Origin: Promethearchaeota archaeon
GTDB taxonomy: Archaea > Asgardarchaeota > Lokiarchaeia > Sigyniarchaeales > SOKP01
Assembly: GCA_019058445.1 (NCBI GenBank)
Contig: JAHPZA010000009.1
Coordinates: forward strand, 614,410-678,409
Reading direction: 5' to 3'
DNA: 64,000 bases
In this document: in pieces, positions 47,463-57,087 of the stretch
Position numbering within the stretch: position 1 is the first letter of the stretch
Layout: the number at the start of each line of letters is the position of its first letter
Position numbers and translations under genes: made by a program
Notes under the pieces: model-generated
What the model saw: only the letters and a program-made list of their open reading frames with translations
Told to the model about the DNA's origin: nothing
Database searches by the model: none

Positions 47463-47549
47463 GGGGAATGATTTTCGTGTGCTTTCTGACCCAACTGAGA
47501 TAAGGCTTTATCGATGAAGAAGATCTTGAGTAGCTAAAAATCATTTCCC
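47463..47549 (+). ncRNA. Putative K-turn (box C'/D'-like) small RNA
   Basis: 13-bp terminal stem with one G-U; internal CTGA-[GATAA/TTATC hairpin]-g-ATGAAGA kink-turn geometry. Confidence 0.55.
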
Positions 47550-47639
47550 GCCTTATAATAGCTTTTATTTTTGGAATAAATTATTAAATTTTGTAATTAT
47601 TGAAGTAGTTAAGTAGAATCGAAAAAATAGAATCTTTAT

Positions 47640-49145
47640 ATGGCTGTTTATTATTTTTTGTCTGTGGAATGTGGCCCTTCAGAGGATTTATCATTGAACG
47701 TATGTAATTACTTTACAGACAAGATATTAAAATTAACTGATGGAACCAAAGTATCCCTTCAATGCAGCTACGGGAAAGATAAAATTGGAAATTATTGGGT
47801 TGAAGTCATCCCCGAAGGGGTTAACTATGGAAGTCCATCGGGGAGTGATTATCGATTAGTGGATTATTTTACAGGAGAAATAACACAGCAATTATATGAT
47901 TTACTTAAGATTGCTCCTCATTTTAGATATGCGCTAGCAGGATATGAAGTAGAATTCTTTATTTTATTCAAGGAATTAGCAAAATGCTTGGAAGATGGTT
48001 GCTATGAGGGAATGATTTTATCTGAAGAACTTTGGAAGAAATTTGGTAAATCTGATATGTATGTACCATTCTGCAAAGGGTTTATGTGGTATCCATTTTC
48101 AGAATTATCTGTAGTGGGCCAAGAGAGTTGGTTTAAAAAATATTCTTTACAAAAAGAATTTCATGTGAATGATTATATTACTTTAAGACTTGAGAATGGT
48201 GATTCTAATGTATTTGTCCAAGATAAAATAATAATACAATGTAAGCATTTGTTGTTGAACCAGATGCAATCAGAAAATGCAAATCATTTTGAATTTAAGT
48301 CCACTGATGAGATTGAGGAATTATTTGTAAGTTCATCTGAGAGCGATGAGCTTATCTCAATTGATACAGAGTTCTGGGGACATTGTTCCAATCTTCAAGC
48401 TTGGGCTGAAAATGAATACAATACAAATTTGTTAGATAAATCAATTGCTTTTCCTACATTAAAAAGATTAACTAAAGTAGGTGACAAAGTAGCTAAAAGA
48501 GTTTTCAAGGAAGAAGTCAGAAAAAGACTAAAAAGTAACTTCTTACCTGTTATAATTTTCTTAATCCATGATGCTTATCATCGAATTTTTTCAGATGAGG
48601 AGTTAAGACTAATTGTTGACAGACTACATGAATATATTAAAACCTTGAGTTTAGAAGAGAAAAATAGATGGAATAAACAAATTTCCGAAGCATTTAGAAA
48701 TTCAATATATATAAGATCCCGTATTGAGGGAAGGAACGATGATTTTACAATAACACAGTGTAGAATTGCACTTGAATTTGATGAAAAAAATACACATGCT
48801 TGGTATGAATTGGCACTTTCATACCAATTTAAAAAAAATTTTGATAAAGCCGAAGAGTATTATAAACGTGCTATAAGTATTAGTCCCGAAGATACAATAT
48901 CACTAGGAAATCTCTGTGAAATATATATTCAACGAGAAAGATATCAAGATGTGATAGATCTTTTAGAAAATAATTTAAGTGAAGATACTCTCCATTCTCG
49001 CTTATGGTTTTTACTTGCAACGGTGTATTACAAGCTAGGGGATTTAAATAAAGCTTTTAAATACATAAATATAAGCTATGATAATTATCCTTATGATCAA
49101 AAAGTAGAGAAATTAAAACACGAAATTTCGAGGAAACTTACCTAA
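47640..49145 (+). CDS. Multidomain protein with FWGHCSNLQAW-type domain and C-terminal TPR repeats
   Basis: VNDYITLRLE...QCK.LLL...EFWGHCSNLQAWAEN.Y.T.LL...AFP.LK.L; TPR pattern AWYELA...AEEYYKRAISISP. Confidence 0.8.
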   Translation: MAVYYFLSVECGPSEDLSLNVCNYFTDKILKLTDGTKVSLQCSYGKDKIGNYWVEVIPEGVNYGSPSGSDYRLVDYFTGEITQQLYDLLKIAPHFRYALAGYEVEFFILFKELAKCLEDGCYEGMILSEELWKKFGKSDMYVPFCKGFMWYPFSELSVVGQESWFKKYSLQKEFHVNDYITLRLENGDSNVFVQDKIIIQCKHLLLNQMQSENANHFEFKSTDEIEELFVSSSESDELISIDTEFWGHCSNLQAWAENEYNTNLLDKSIAFPTLKRLTKVGDKVAKRVFKEEVRKRLKSNFLPVIIFLIHDAYHRIFSDEELRLIVDRLHEYIKTLSLEEKNRWNKQISEAFRNSIYIRSRIEGRNDDFTITQCRIALEFDEKNTHAWYELALSYQFKKNFDKAEEYYKRAISISPEDTISLGNLCEIYIQRERYQDVIDLLENNLSEDTLHSRLWFLLATVYYKLGDLNKAFKYINISYDNYPYDQKVEKLKHEISRKLT

Positions 49146-49197
49146 AATTTTAATCCAAATATACTTTTGAATACTTAATAAGAGAGCTTCTTAAAAA

Positions 49198-51387
49198 ATG
49201 CCACCTAGGAAAGAGATTGCAGAAATTCTCAAGTTAATGGAGAAAACTGCTAATATCAGAAACATAGGATTTGTAGGTCATATTGACCACGGTAAAACCA
49301 CACTATCTGATTCTCTCTTGAGCGAAGCAGGTTTATTAAGCCCAGACTTAGCAGGTGAGGCTCGTGCTTTAGATTTTCTCGAGGAAGAGCAAAAGCGAGG
49401 CATCACAATGAAATCTGCTAACATTTCATTGTATTATGAGAAATCTCTTGAGGGCCATGAACCTTTTCTTATTAATCTTGTAGATACTCCTGGTCATTTA
49501 GATTTTAGTGGAAAAGTTACAAGGGCTTTAAGACTCGTAGACGGCGTGGTTGTGGTTGTAGATGCGGTCGAGGAGATAATTACGCAATCTGAGACTGTAA
49601 TTAAACAAGCTTTACAAGAAGGAGTTAAACCAGCACTTTTCATTAATAAAGTTGATAGATTAATTAGAGAGTTAAAGCTTACAGATAAAGATATTAGAAA
49701 AAAGTATATTAGAATCATTAATGACTTCAATACATTAATAGAAAGGTATGCGACCCCACCATTTAATAAAGAATGGAAGGTTTCTCCTGCCGAGGGAAAT
49801 GTAGCGTTTGGTTCTGCCCTTCATAAATGGGGATTTACCGCTAAAATCATGGAAGAAAGTGATCTTAAGTTTAGCGATATTAAATCGCGCTATCAGAAAG
49901 AAACTTATTCTAAAGACTCGTATAGTGATTTGCAAATTTATCTTCCAATACATAGGGCTATATTAGAAATGGTCGTTGATCATCTCCCAAATCCTAATGA
50001 GGCTCAAAACTACAGGATTAAGAAGATTTATGAAGGTGATTTGGATTCTGAAGTTGGAAAAGCCATGATTAAATGTGATCCTAATGGTCCATTAGTTATT
50101 TGTTTAAGTAAAGTTCAAGCAGATAAACATGGTCTTGTCGCAACTGGGCGAATTTTTTCTGGGAAATGTCCAAAAAAAAAGGAAATATTTCTTTTAAGAG
50201 AAAATAATTATGAAACTATTCAGAGAATCGCAATATTCATGGGTCAAAGAAGAGAACAAGTCGACGAGATTCCTGTGGGAAACATTGTTGCTATAGAAGG
50301 CCTTAAAAAGGTTAAGAGTGGGGAAACTATTGTCGAATCTAATTATCTAGAACAAATAGTTCCTTTTGAAAATGTGAAATATGTTACAACTCCCGTCGTA
50401 ACTGCTTCAATTGAGCCTGATTACTTACGTGATTTAGACAAAATGAAAGAACTCATCGAAAACTTGTTAATTGAGGATCCTAATTTAAAATTCGAAGTTA
50501 ATGAAGAAAATGGAGAATTCTTATTATCTGGGATGGGCCCACTGCATCTTGAAATCAGCACTAATGAGTTAGGAAAAAGGGGAGTGCCCGTCTCGATCTC
50601 TGAACCAAGAGCAGTATTTAAAGAGTCATGCAAATACCATTCAACATCAATTAAAGCAGTATCTCCCAATGGTAAAAATTCACTTGAACTTAAAATAGAA
50701 AGACTGGATGAAAAATCTGTGAGATTTTTTCAAACTGCAGACTACCACTCTATTAAACCTATTAGCAGATTAAAAGAAGTAATGAGAGAAAAAACTGGCC
50801 TAAATGACACTGAGATCCAAAAATATTGGAAAACTGACGAAGATCAAAATGTTTTAATTTATTTAGGAAATTCGGAGTTAAATGATTTATATAAAGATCT
50901 GATTCTAAAAATAATAGAAAAAATACATTTAAATGGCCCCCTCTGCGGAGAAAAATTAACCAAAATTAAAATTTTAATTAATGAATTAAATGGCAGTGAA
51001 TTAGATGAGGAAGGTGCTTTCACGGAATTATCTGCCATGTTCTATGATGCTATAAAACAAGGATTATCTGAAAGCGATTTAATTCTATTAGAGCCTATAT
51101 ATCATACTATTATCCAACTTCCTCCAGATTATATCAAAAATGTACTCACTATTCTTTCAAAATACTCCGCTAAAATTAAGACTATAGACCAAGAAAAAGA
51201 ATATCAAGCTATAATTGAAATTTTGTTACCAGTAAGGAATTCTATTAAATTTGCGGAGGATATTAGGTCAGCAACTTCGGGAAGGGCCTTCTGGCAAAAT
51301 GAATTTTATGCATTTATGGAAGTTCCTAAACACGAGTTAAAAACAATAATTAGTAATTTACGTTTTATAAAAGGGCTTTCTTGGTAA
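49198..51387 (+). CDS. Elongation factor 2 paralog lacking the diphthamide motif
   Basis: GHIDHGKTT, RGITM, DTPGH, NKVD, EDP, SGMGPLHL, LLEP, IRSATSGRA; domain IV loop reads SELDEEGAFTEL in place of HED..HRGPAQ. Confidence 0.92.
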   Translation: MPPRKEIAEILKLMEKTANIRNIGFVGHIDHGKTTLSDSLLSEAGLLSPDLAGEARALDFLEEEQKRGITMKSANISLYYEKSLEGHEPFLINLVDTPGHLDFSGKVTRALRLVDGVVVVVDAVEEIITQSETVIKQALQEGVKPALFINKVDRLIRELKLTDKDIRKKYIRIINDFNTLIERYATPPFNKEWKVSPAEGNVAFGSALHKWGFTAKIMEESDLKFSDIKSRYQKETYSKDSYSDLQIYLPIHRAILEMVVDHLPNPNEAQNYRIKKIYEGDLDSEVGKAMIKCDPNGPLVICLSKVQADKHGLVATGRIFSGKCPKKKEIFLLRENNYETIQRIAIFMGQRREQVDEIPVGNIVAIEGLKKVKSGETIVESNYLEQIVPFENVKYVTTPVVTASIEPDYLRDLDKMKELIENLLIEDPNLKFEVNEENGEFLLSGMGPLHLEISTNELGKRGVPVSISEPRAVFKESCKYHSTSIKAVSPNGKNSLELKIERLDEKSVRFFQTADYHSIKPISRLKEVMREKTGLNDTEIQKYWKTDEDQNVLIYLGNSELNDLYKDLILKIIEKIHLNGPLCGEKLTKIKILINELNGSELDEEGAFTELSAMFYDAIKQGLSESDLILLEPIYHTIIQLPPDYIKNVLTILSKYSAKIKTIDQEKEYQAIIEILLPVRNSIKFAEDIRSATSGRAFWQNEFYAFMEVPKHELKTIISNLRFIKGLSW

Positions 51388-51399
51388 AAAATTAAAAGA

Positions 51400-51470
51400 T
51401 GCGCCCACCGGGAATTGAACCCGGGTCCTCAGGTTGGGAACCTGAGATTCTACCACTATACTACGAGCGC
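51400..51470 (-). tRNA. tRNA-Gly(CCC)
   Basis: GCGCTCG/TGGGCGC acceptor, TCAGG-TTCCCAA-CCTGA anticodon arm, GTTCAATTC T-loop; 71 nt. Confidence 0.96.
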
Positions 51471-51758
51471 TTTTTTATTAATAAATAGTATATTAAATTA
51501 GTATGATATTCTAATTAAGTTTTTTCTGATTTCCGTAACCTCTTTTGCCTATTTACATGAGTAAAAATTATGTTAGGGTGTAAACTATTGATTATAACTA
51601 TAATTAAAATATAAATTATCGACTATAACTCTGCTTGGTCCTTATATATTAAGCAAAAACTTTATTAACAACTTTTTTATTTAGTTTTATGGATAAAAAA
51701 TCTGTGAAAAAGTATTATTTAATTTATTTTTTCGAAAAATTCCAGGGTGGATTGAAAA

Positions 51759-54700
51759 TTGATCGAATTGGCATACGTTATGGAGGAAATCAAATCCAAA
51801 TTAAATAAACTAAAACTTAAAAGCGAATTTCTAAAAAACAAGATAAATTCAGAATTTAATAAAGATTGTGATGAATTTAAAGCACTTATCGAAGATATAG
51901 AAGATGTACTTGATAGAGTTAATACTGATATGATTAGAGATGATTTTGAACATAAATTGGAATTTGAAGGAACCATTTCTAATATTTTGTCGCGATTTGT
52001 AGGGATTTATGATTATGATAGCGCTATAAATACATCTCTCGCTGATATAGGTGTGCTAAGTGGGGCAAGTCGTAGCTATCTTTTTTTATTCTCTGAAGAT
52101 AATAAAAAAATGAGCAATACCCATGAGTGGTGCTCTGAAGGTGTCTCACCTCAAATTGATTTTCTCCAAAATTTATCAATGGAATATTATCATTGGGCCA
52201 TTGAAAAACTTGAATCTGAAGGAATCATCTATATTAAAGATGTTTCAAAAATACCCATTGAAGCAGAGGCAGAAAGGCAAGAATTCGAGAGGGAGAATAT
52301 TAAATCATTAATAAATATTCCTTTAAAGATTAAAGGAAAACTCTCTGGATTCATTGGTTTTGATAATGTAAGGAAAACAGGAAAATGGGATAAAAGAAAT
52401 TTTGATTTATTACGAGTTTCTTCTCAAATTATTGCCAATGTTATTGAACGCAAACGAGCTGAACAAGAATTAAAAAATCTTAATGAAAAATTAGAGGAAA
52501 CTGTGGAAGAGAGAACAAAAGAATTAAGGGAATCTGAGGAGAAATATCGGTTAATTTCTGAAGACTCAGATGATTTAATAGCAATTTATGATGAAAACTT
52601 TAACATTGAATACCAGAATAAATCTACTCATTCAAGAATCTTAGGGTATGATTCTCATAAACTTAGGAAGAAGAACTTTAGATATTCTATAATACATAAA
52701 GATGATTTTGAAAATTATGTGAATGTTGTAAGAGAAGGGTATAATAAAGGTAATTTTAAACACCAAATTAGATTAAAACAAAAAGATGGGGTTTTTCTAT
52801 GGTTTGAAGTTAGAGGTAAGACTTATTTTGATAAATATCATAGAAAAAAAATTCTAGTCGTCTCAAGAGATATCACAGAAATAAAAAGTGTAGAACAAAA
52901 ATTAAGAGAGTCAGAAAAAAATTTTCGCAATCTTATCAATAATGTTTCAGATGTCATAATGAAAGTTGATTTAGATGGGAAAATCAATTATACAAGTCCA
53001 CAAATTTATGATTTATTCGGTTATGAAGAAAAAGAATTAATTGGATATCATCCATTCGATTTTATTCATCCTGAAGATTTACCCAAATTTGAAAAGTTAA
53101 GGAAAGACGCTCCTAATTATAGAGAATCATATACATTTGAATTTAGGGCAAAACATAAAAAAGGACATTATATATCTATATTCGCAAAAGGAAATATCAT
53201 AAGAGAAAAGGGAAAAGTTAGAATTATTGGAGTATTAAGAGATGTTTCAGAGCAAAAAAAGGCGGAAATCGAGTTACGAGAGAAAACTGCAACTATAGAA
53301 AGTATTTTTCGGGCGGCACCTACTGGTATAGGGATGGTGGTTGATCGAGAAATTAAACAGGTTAATAATCGTTTCTGTGAGCTTGTAGGATACAGTTCTA
53401 ATGAGCTTATTGGAAAAAATGCTAAAATAGTATACGCTTCCGAAAAAGATTATGATTATGTGGGAAAAGAAAAATATGATCAGATAAAAGAACATGGAAT
53501 AGGGACTGTCGAAACACAATTTAAACGAAAAGATGGAAAAATTATTGATGTGTTACTTAGTTCTGTTCCAATTAATCCTAAAGATCTCTCAGCAGGGGTT
53601 ACTTTTACAGCATTAGATATTACTAAACGTAAAAAAATAGAAGATAAATTAAGAGATCGTTCAAAAAAATTAGAAATATTAAATAGAATAATCACAGAAA
53701 GTAATAAAGCAAAAGATTTAAGTTTACTTCTGGAGGAAATATTAAGTTCTACCCTTGAATTGATGAATTTTGATGGAGGAGGTATTTACTTAGTTGATAA
53801 GTCCTCTGGAACTGCAGAAATCGTTTGTCATGAAGGATTGTCTTATGATTTTATTAATACTGTTAAAAAAGTGAATATTGATGATCCTCCATATAAAATT
53901 GTGTTTATCCAAGGTCAACCAGTTATAGCTGAAGATTTCCTTGATTTTAGTCCTTTCATCGCAAAGAAGGGGAATATAGTATCTTTAGCAAGTATTCCTT
54001 TAATTGGCAAAGATGGGATTATTGGAGCGTTAAACCTTGCTTCAAAAACTCACCACTATTTTTCAAGGGAAGAAGAAGACATCCTTCAATCAATCGGACG
54101 GGAAACAGGCACAATAATTCAGAAGATTTTAGCCGAACATAAATTAGTCAAAGAAAGAGAAAAAGCAAGTTTATATTTGAATTTAGTTGATGTTATTGTG
54201 GTTACATTGGATATAAAGGGGAATATTAGTTTATTAAACAAAAAAGGATATGATATCCTTGAATATGAAGAAGGTGAGTTAATTGGAAAGAATTGGTTTG
54301 AAAATTGCATTCCACCAGACAAGCGAGATGGAATACTTGAATATTTTAAGGGGCTTATGAGTGGTGAAATCAATGTGATCCCATTCTATGAAAATCCAGT
54401 CTATACAAAAAATGGAAATGAAAAGTTAATATCATGGTCAACAATAATTCTTAAGGATAAAAGCGAAAATATAATTGGGTCATTGAGTTCGGGACAAGAT
54501 ATCACTGAACGCAGAAAGGCTGAAGAAAATTTAAGAGAATCTGAAGAAAAATATCGACATTTATTTGAAAGTTCTCCTCATGCCATAATTTTAACCAATA
54601 AAGAAGGAATAGTAAAAGATTTTAATATGGCAACAATTAAGATGTTTGGATATAGGAAAGATGAGGTTATTGGTAAAAATTACACCGACTTGAGAACTTT

Positions 54701-55658
54701 TACTCCTGATCAGATGTCATATTTCATAAAAACATATAAAAAGCTTCGCCAAGGGATTGAAACTAAACCAACTGAACTTAAAGTAAGAAAAGAAGATGGA
54801 ACCATTATATGGATAAATTATCACAGTTCTATGATTGTTTTAGATGGAAAGATATTAATTGAGTCTATCGCACAAGATATCACAGAAAAGAAAAAAGCAG
54901 AAGAATTAATAAAAGAAGAAGTTAAAAAACTAAAAGAATTAGACCAGATTAAGACAGATTTTATTGATAGGGCTTCTCATGAGTTAAAAACCCCATTAAA
55001 CTCTATTTATGGAGCTTCAACTTTTCTTATAGATTATTATAAAGATTTTATAGATGATAAAGCTAAAGATCTGTTGGAGATCATTAAGAAAGGAGGAGAG
55101 AGGTTACTTCAATTAATCGAGGATTTACTTGATGTATCACAATTAGAATCAGGAAGATTACACTTAAAAACTCAAAAAGAAAACATAGTTGAGATAATTT
55201 ATGAATGCGTAAATGATCTGAGATACTTAGCAGAAAAACGTCAATTAAGTTTCAATCTCAAAATCCAAAACGACTATTATTTAGAAGTGGATAAGATTAG
55301 ATTCGAACAGGTTATAACGAACTTGATTTTAAATGCTATCAAAAATACATTACCTAGGGGGATTATTTCTATAGATATGGAAAAGCATGAAGCCTCTGTA
55401 GATATATTAATTAAAGATACGGGTGTTGGATTTACTGAGAAAGAAAAGGAAAATGCTTTCAAAAAATTTGGTAAGATTGAAAGATATGGTAAAGGCATGG
55501 ATATTGATACTGAAGGTTCAGGTTTAGGATTGTATATCTCTAAAAAAATAGTCGAATTACATCATGGAAAAATTTGGATCGAATCTGAAGGAAGAAAAAA
55601 AGGATCAAAGGTAATAGTAAAACTTCCTACTAGCCAAGAAAGTTCTATTCTTTATTAG
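51759..55658 (+). CDS. Cytoplasmic multi-sensor histidine kinase (GAF, 3 PAS, GAF, 2 PAS, HisKA, HATPase)
   Basis: NTHEWC GAF, repeated PAS/PAC ends (RDIT, RDVS, LDIT, QDIT x2), SHELKTPL, NLILNAIK, DTGVG, GSGLGL. Confidence 0.95.
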   Translation: MIELAYVMEEIKSKLNKLKLKSEFLKNKINSEFNKDCDEFKALIEDIEDVLDRVNTDMIRDDFEHKLEFEGTISNILSRFVGIYDYDSAINTSLADIGVLSGASRSYLFLFSEDNKKMSNTHEWCSEGVSPQIDFLQNLSMEYYHWAIEKLESEGIIYIKDVSKIPIEAEAERQEFERENIKSLINIPLKIKGKLSGFIGFDNVRKTGKWDKRNFDLLRVSSQIIANVIERKRAEQELKNLNEKLEETVEERTKELRESEEKYRLISEDSDDLIAIYDENFNIEYQNKSTHSRILGYDSHKLRKKNFRYSIIHKDDFENYVNVVREGYNKGNFKHQIRLKQKDGVFLWFEVRGKTYFDKYHRKKILVVSRDITEIKSVEQKLRESEKNFRNLINNVSDVIMKVDLDGKINYTSPQIYDLFGYEEKELIGYHPFDFIHPEDLPKFEKLRKDAPNYRESYTFEFRAKHKKGHYISIFAKGNIIREKGKVRIIGVLRDVSEQKKAEIELREKTATIESIFRAAPTGIGMVVDREIKQVNNRFCELVGYSSNELIGKNAKIVYASEKDYDYVGKEKYDQIKEHGIGTVETQFKRKDGKIIDVLLSSVPINPKDLSAGVTFTALDITKRKKIEDKLRDRSKKLEILNRIITESNKAKDLSLLLEEILSSTLELMNFDGGGIYLVDKSSGTAEIVCHEGLSYDFINTVKKVNIDDPPYKIVFIQGQPVIAEDFLDFSPFIAKKGNIVSLASIPLIGKDGIIGALNLASKTHHYFSREEEDILQSIGRETGTIIQKILAEHKLVKEREKASLYLNLVDVIVVTLDIKGNISLLNKKGYDILEYEEGELIGKNWFENCIPPDKRDGILEYFKGLMSGEINVIPFYENPVYTKNGNEKLISWSTIILKDKSENIIGSLSSGQDITERRKAEENLRESEEKYRHLFESSPHAIILTNKEGIVKDFNMATIKMFGYRKDEVIGKNYTDLRTFTPDQMSYFIKTYKKLRQGIETKPTELKVRKEDGTIIWINYHSSMIVLDGKILIESIAQDITEKKKAEELIKEEVKKLKELDQIKTDFIDRASHELKTPLNSIYGASTFLIDYYKDFIDDKAKDLLEIIKKGGERLLQLIEDLLDVSQLESGRLHLKTQKENIVEIIYECVNDLRYLAEKRQLSFNLKIQNDYYLEVDKIRFEQVITNLILNAIKNTLPRGIISIDMEKHEASVDILIKDTGVGFTEKEKENAFKKFGKIERYGKGMDIDTEGSGLGLYISKKIVELHHGKIWIESEGRKKGSKVIVKLPTSQESSILY

Positions 55659-55665
55659 GATCCTT

Positions 55666-56409
55666 TTAATTTAGAAGATTAAATAGCATATCAAAATCTG
55701 AGAAATCAAAAGGTTTTAGTATAAATCCATTTGCTCCTGTTTCCGCTATTTTTTTTGAAACCTCTGCTTCGGGGATTGCAGTAATGTAATAAACTGGGAC
55801 ATTTTTTAGGTTCTCATCATCCTTCATTTTTTTGCATATATCATACCCACTTATATCAGGTAACATAATATCTAATAAAACTAATTTGGGTATCGAACGG
55901 TTTAATTCTTCTATTGCCCTATTACCTGTAGTAACCCCTAAAGAAGAATAGCCTTTTATTTCTAGAAAATCAGTTAAAACCAAACTTGTGGATGTATCAT
56001 CTTCAACTATTAAAATGTCATATTGAGAGCTTTCAGGTTCCATACCTGTTAAAAATTCATTGATCTTATTTTCAAGAAATACACTTTGGGCATAAATTTT
56101 GTGCATAAAATTCAAAATTTTTGAATCCATTTTCTCTGAATAATTTTCAAGAATTAATTGTGAAAATCCCTTAATTGAGGTTAAAGGTTCTTTTAAATCA
56201 TGAGATAATTTTGAGAAGTTTTCAATATAAGCAATTTTATCTTGAGAATCGATATAAAAATTTACTGATTTTCTAATCAAATTTGAAATGGTTGTAAGTT
56301 TCGTACTTTCTACAAATTTTTCCCATTTATTCTTTGTTTTTCCTGAAACTAATATACCAATTCTTTTTATTTCTTCAGTATCTTTTCCATTTATGGTAAT
56401 ATTAATCAC
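55666..56409 (-). CDS. Response regulator with N-terminal RHH-like and HisKA (DHp) segments and C-terminal receiver domain
   Basis: RIGILVS...TTISNLIRKSV; SHDLKEPLTSIKGF; ILIVEDD, LLDIMLPD.SG, ITA, KPF. Confidence 0.88.
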   Translation of the reverse strand: MINITINGKDTEEIKRIGILVSGKTKNKWEKFVESTKLTTISNLIRKSVNFYIDSQDKIAYIENFSKLSHDLKEPLTSIKGFSQLILENYSEKMDSKILNFMHKIYAQSVFLENKINEFLTGMEPESSQYDILIVEDDTSTSLVLTDFLEIKGYSSLGVTTGNRAIEELNRSIPKLVLLDIMLPDISGYDICKKMKDDENLKNVPVYYITAIPEAEVSKKIAETGANGFILKPFDFSDFDMLFNLLN

Positions 56410-56501
56410 TTTCTTTATGATTATTTCTCAATATAAATTACATCATATTCATTTTTTAAGGTTAATATTTTTTTATGATAGACTTAATTAAATAATAGAA
56501 A

Positions 56502-56532
56502 TCATTGCCGAAGGTTTATCCTTCGGCAATGA
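56502..56532. repeat. Perfect 13-bp inverted repeat
   Basis: TCATTGCCGAAGG-TTTAT-CCTTCGGCAATGA. Confidence 0.85.
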
Positions 56533-57087
56533 GCTGGGGATATTTGTGGTTAATTTTATTTAGTATTTGCAAAAAATTTCAATATAACCCTCAATTCTAA
56601 TAGGAAATAAGATTTATCATCCATAGCTCTATTTACTTTAATCAAATTATAGTCTTTGTTAGTTTTGATAATAATTAATGAATGTTTAAAAAAAATGGTA
56701 AGAAATAATAATGATTATCTTCTCTCCATTTATTTGAAATATTTAATTACATTTTATGTTATTTTTAATACTTAATAATTTTCTTGAGAGTTATACTAAT
56801 ATTTTGAGATCCTAATGATAATATTAGTATTTAAATTTACTCATTTATGACTATTACATATAGTGGAAAATTATATATATACTAATTTGTATTTAAAAGA
56901 CAAACATTTAAAAATATGTGCAATATTTTAAAATAAGTAAAGTTTAATTTGTATAATTGTAAAAAATTGTATAATAGATCTAACCAAAAGATTTTCCATT
57001 GTTGAAAATCATTAATAAAAATTAATTTAGGGTTGACAGAGAAAGTAGAAAATTTGAATAATATTAGGTAAAAAAGGTGATTTTAAA

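Noticed and set aside
47463-47549. SECIS element or tRNA interpretation
   Set aside because: The helix above the GA pairs is only 5 bp, no neighbouring gene has an in-frame TGA, and there is no cloverleaf or T-loop.
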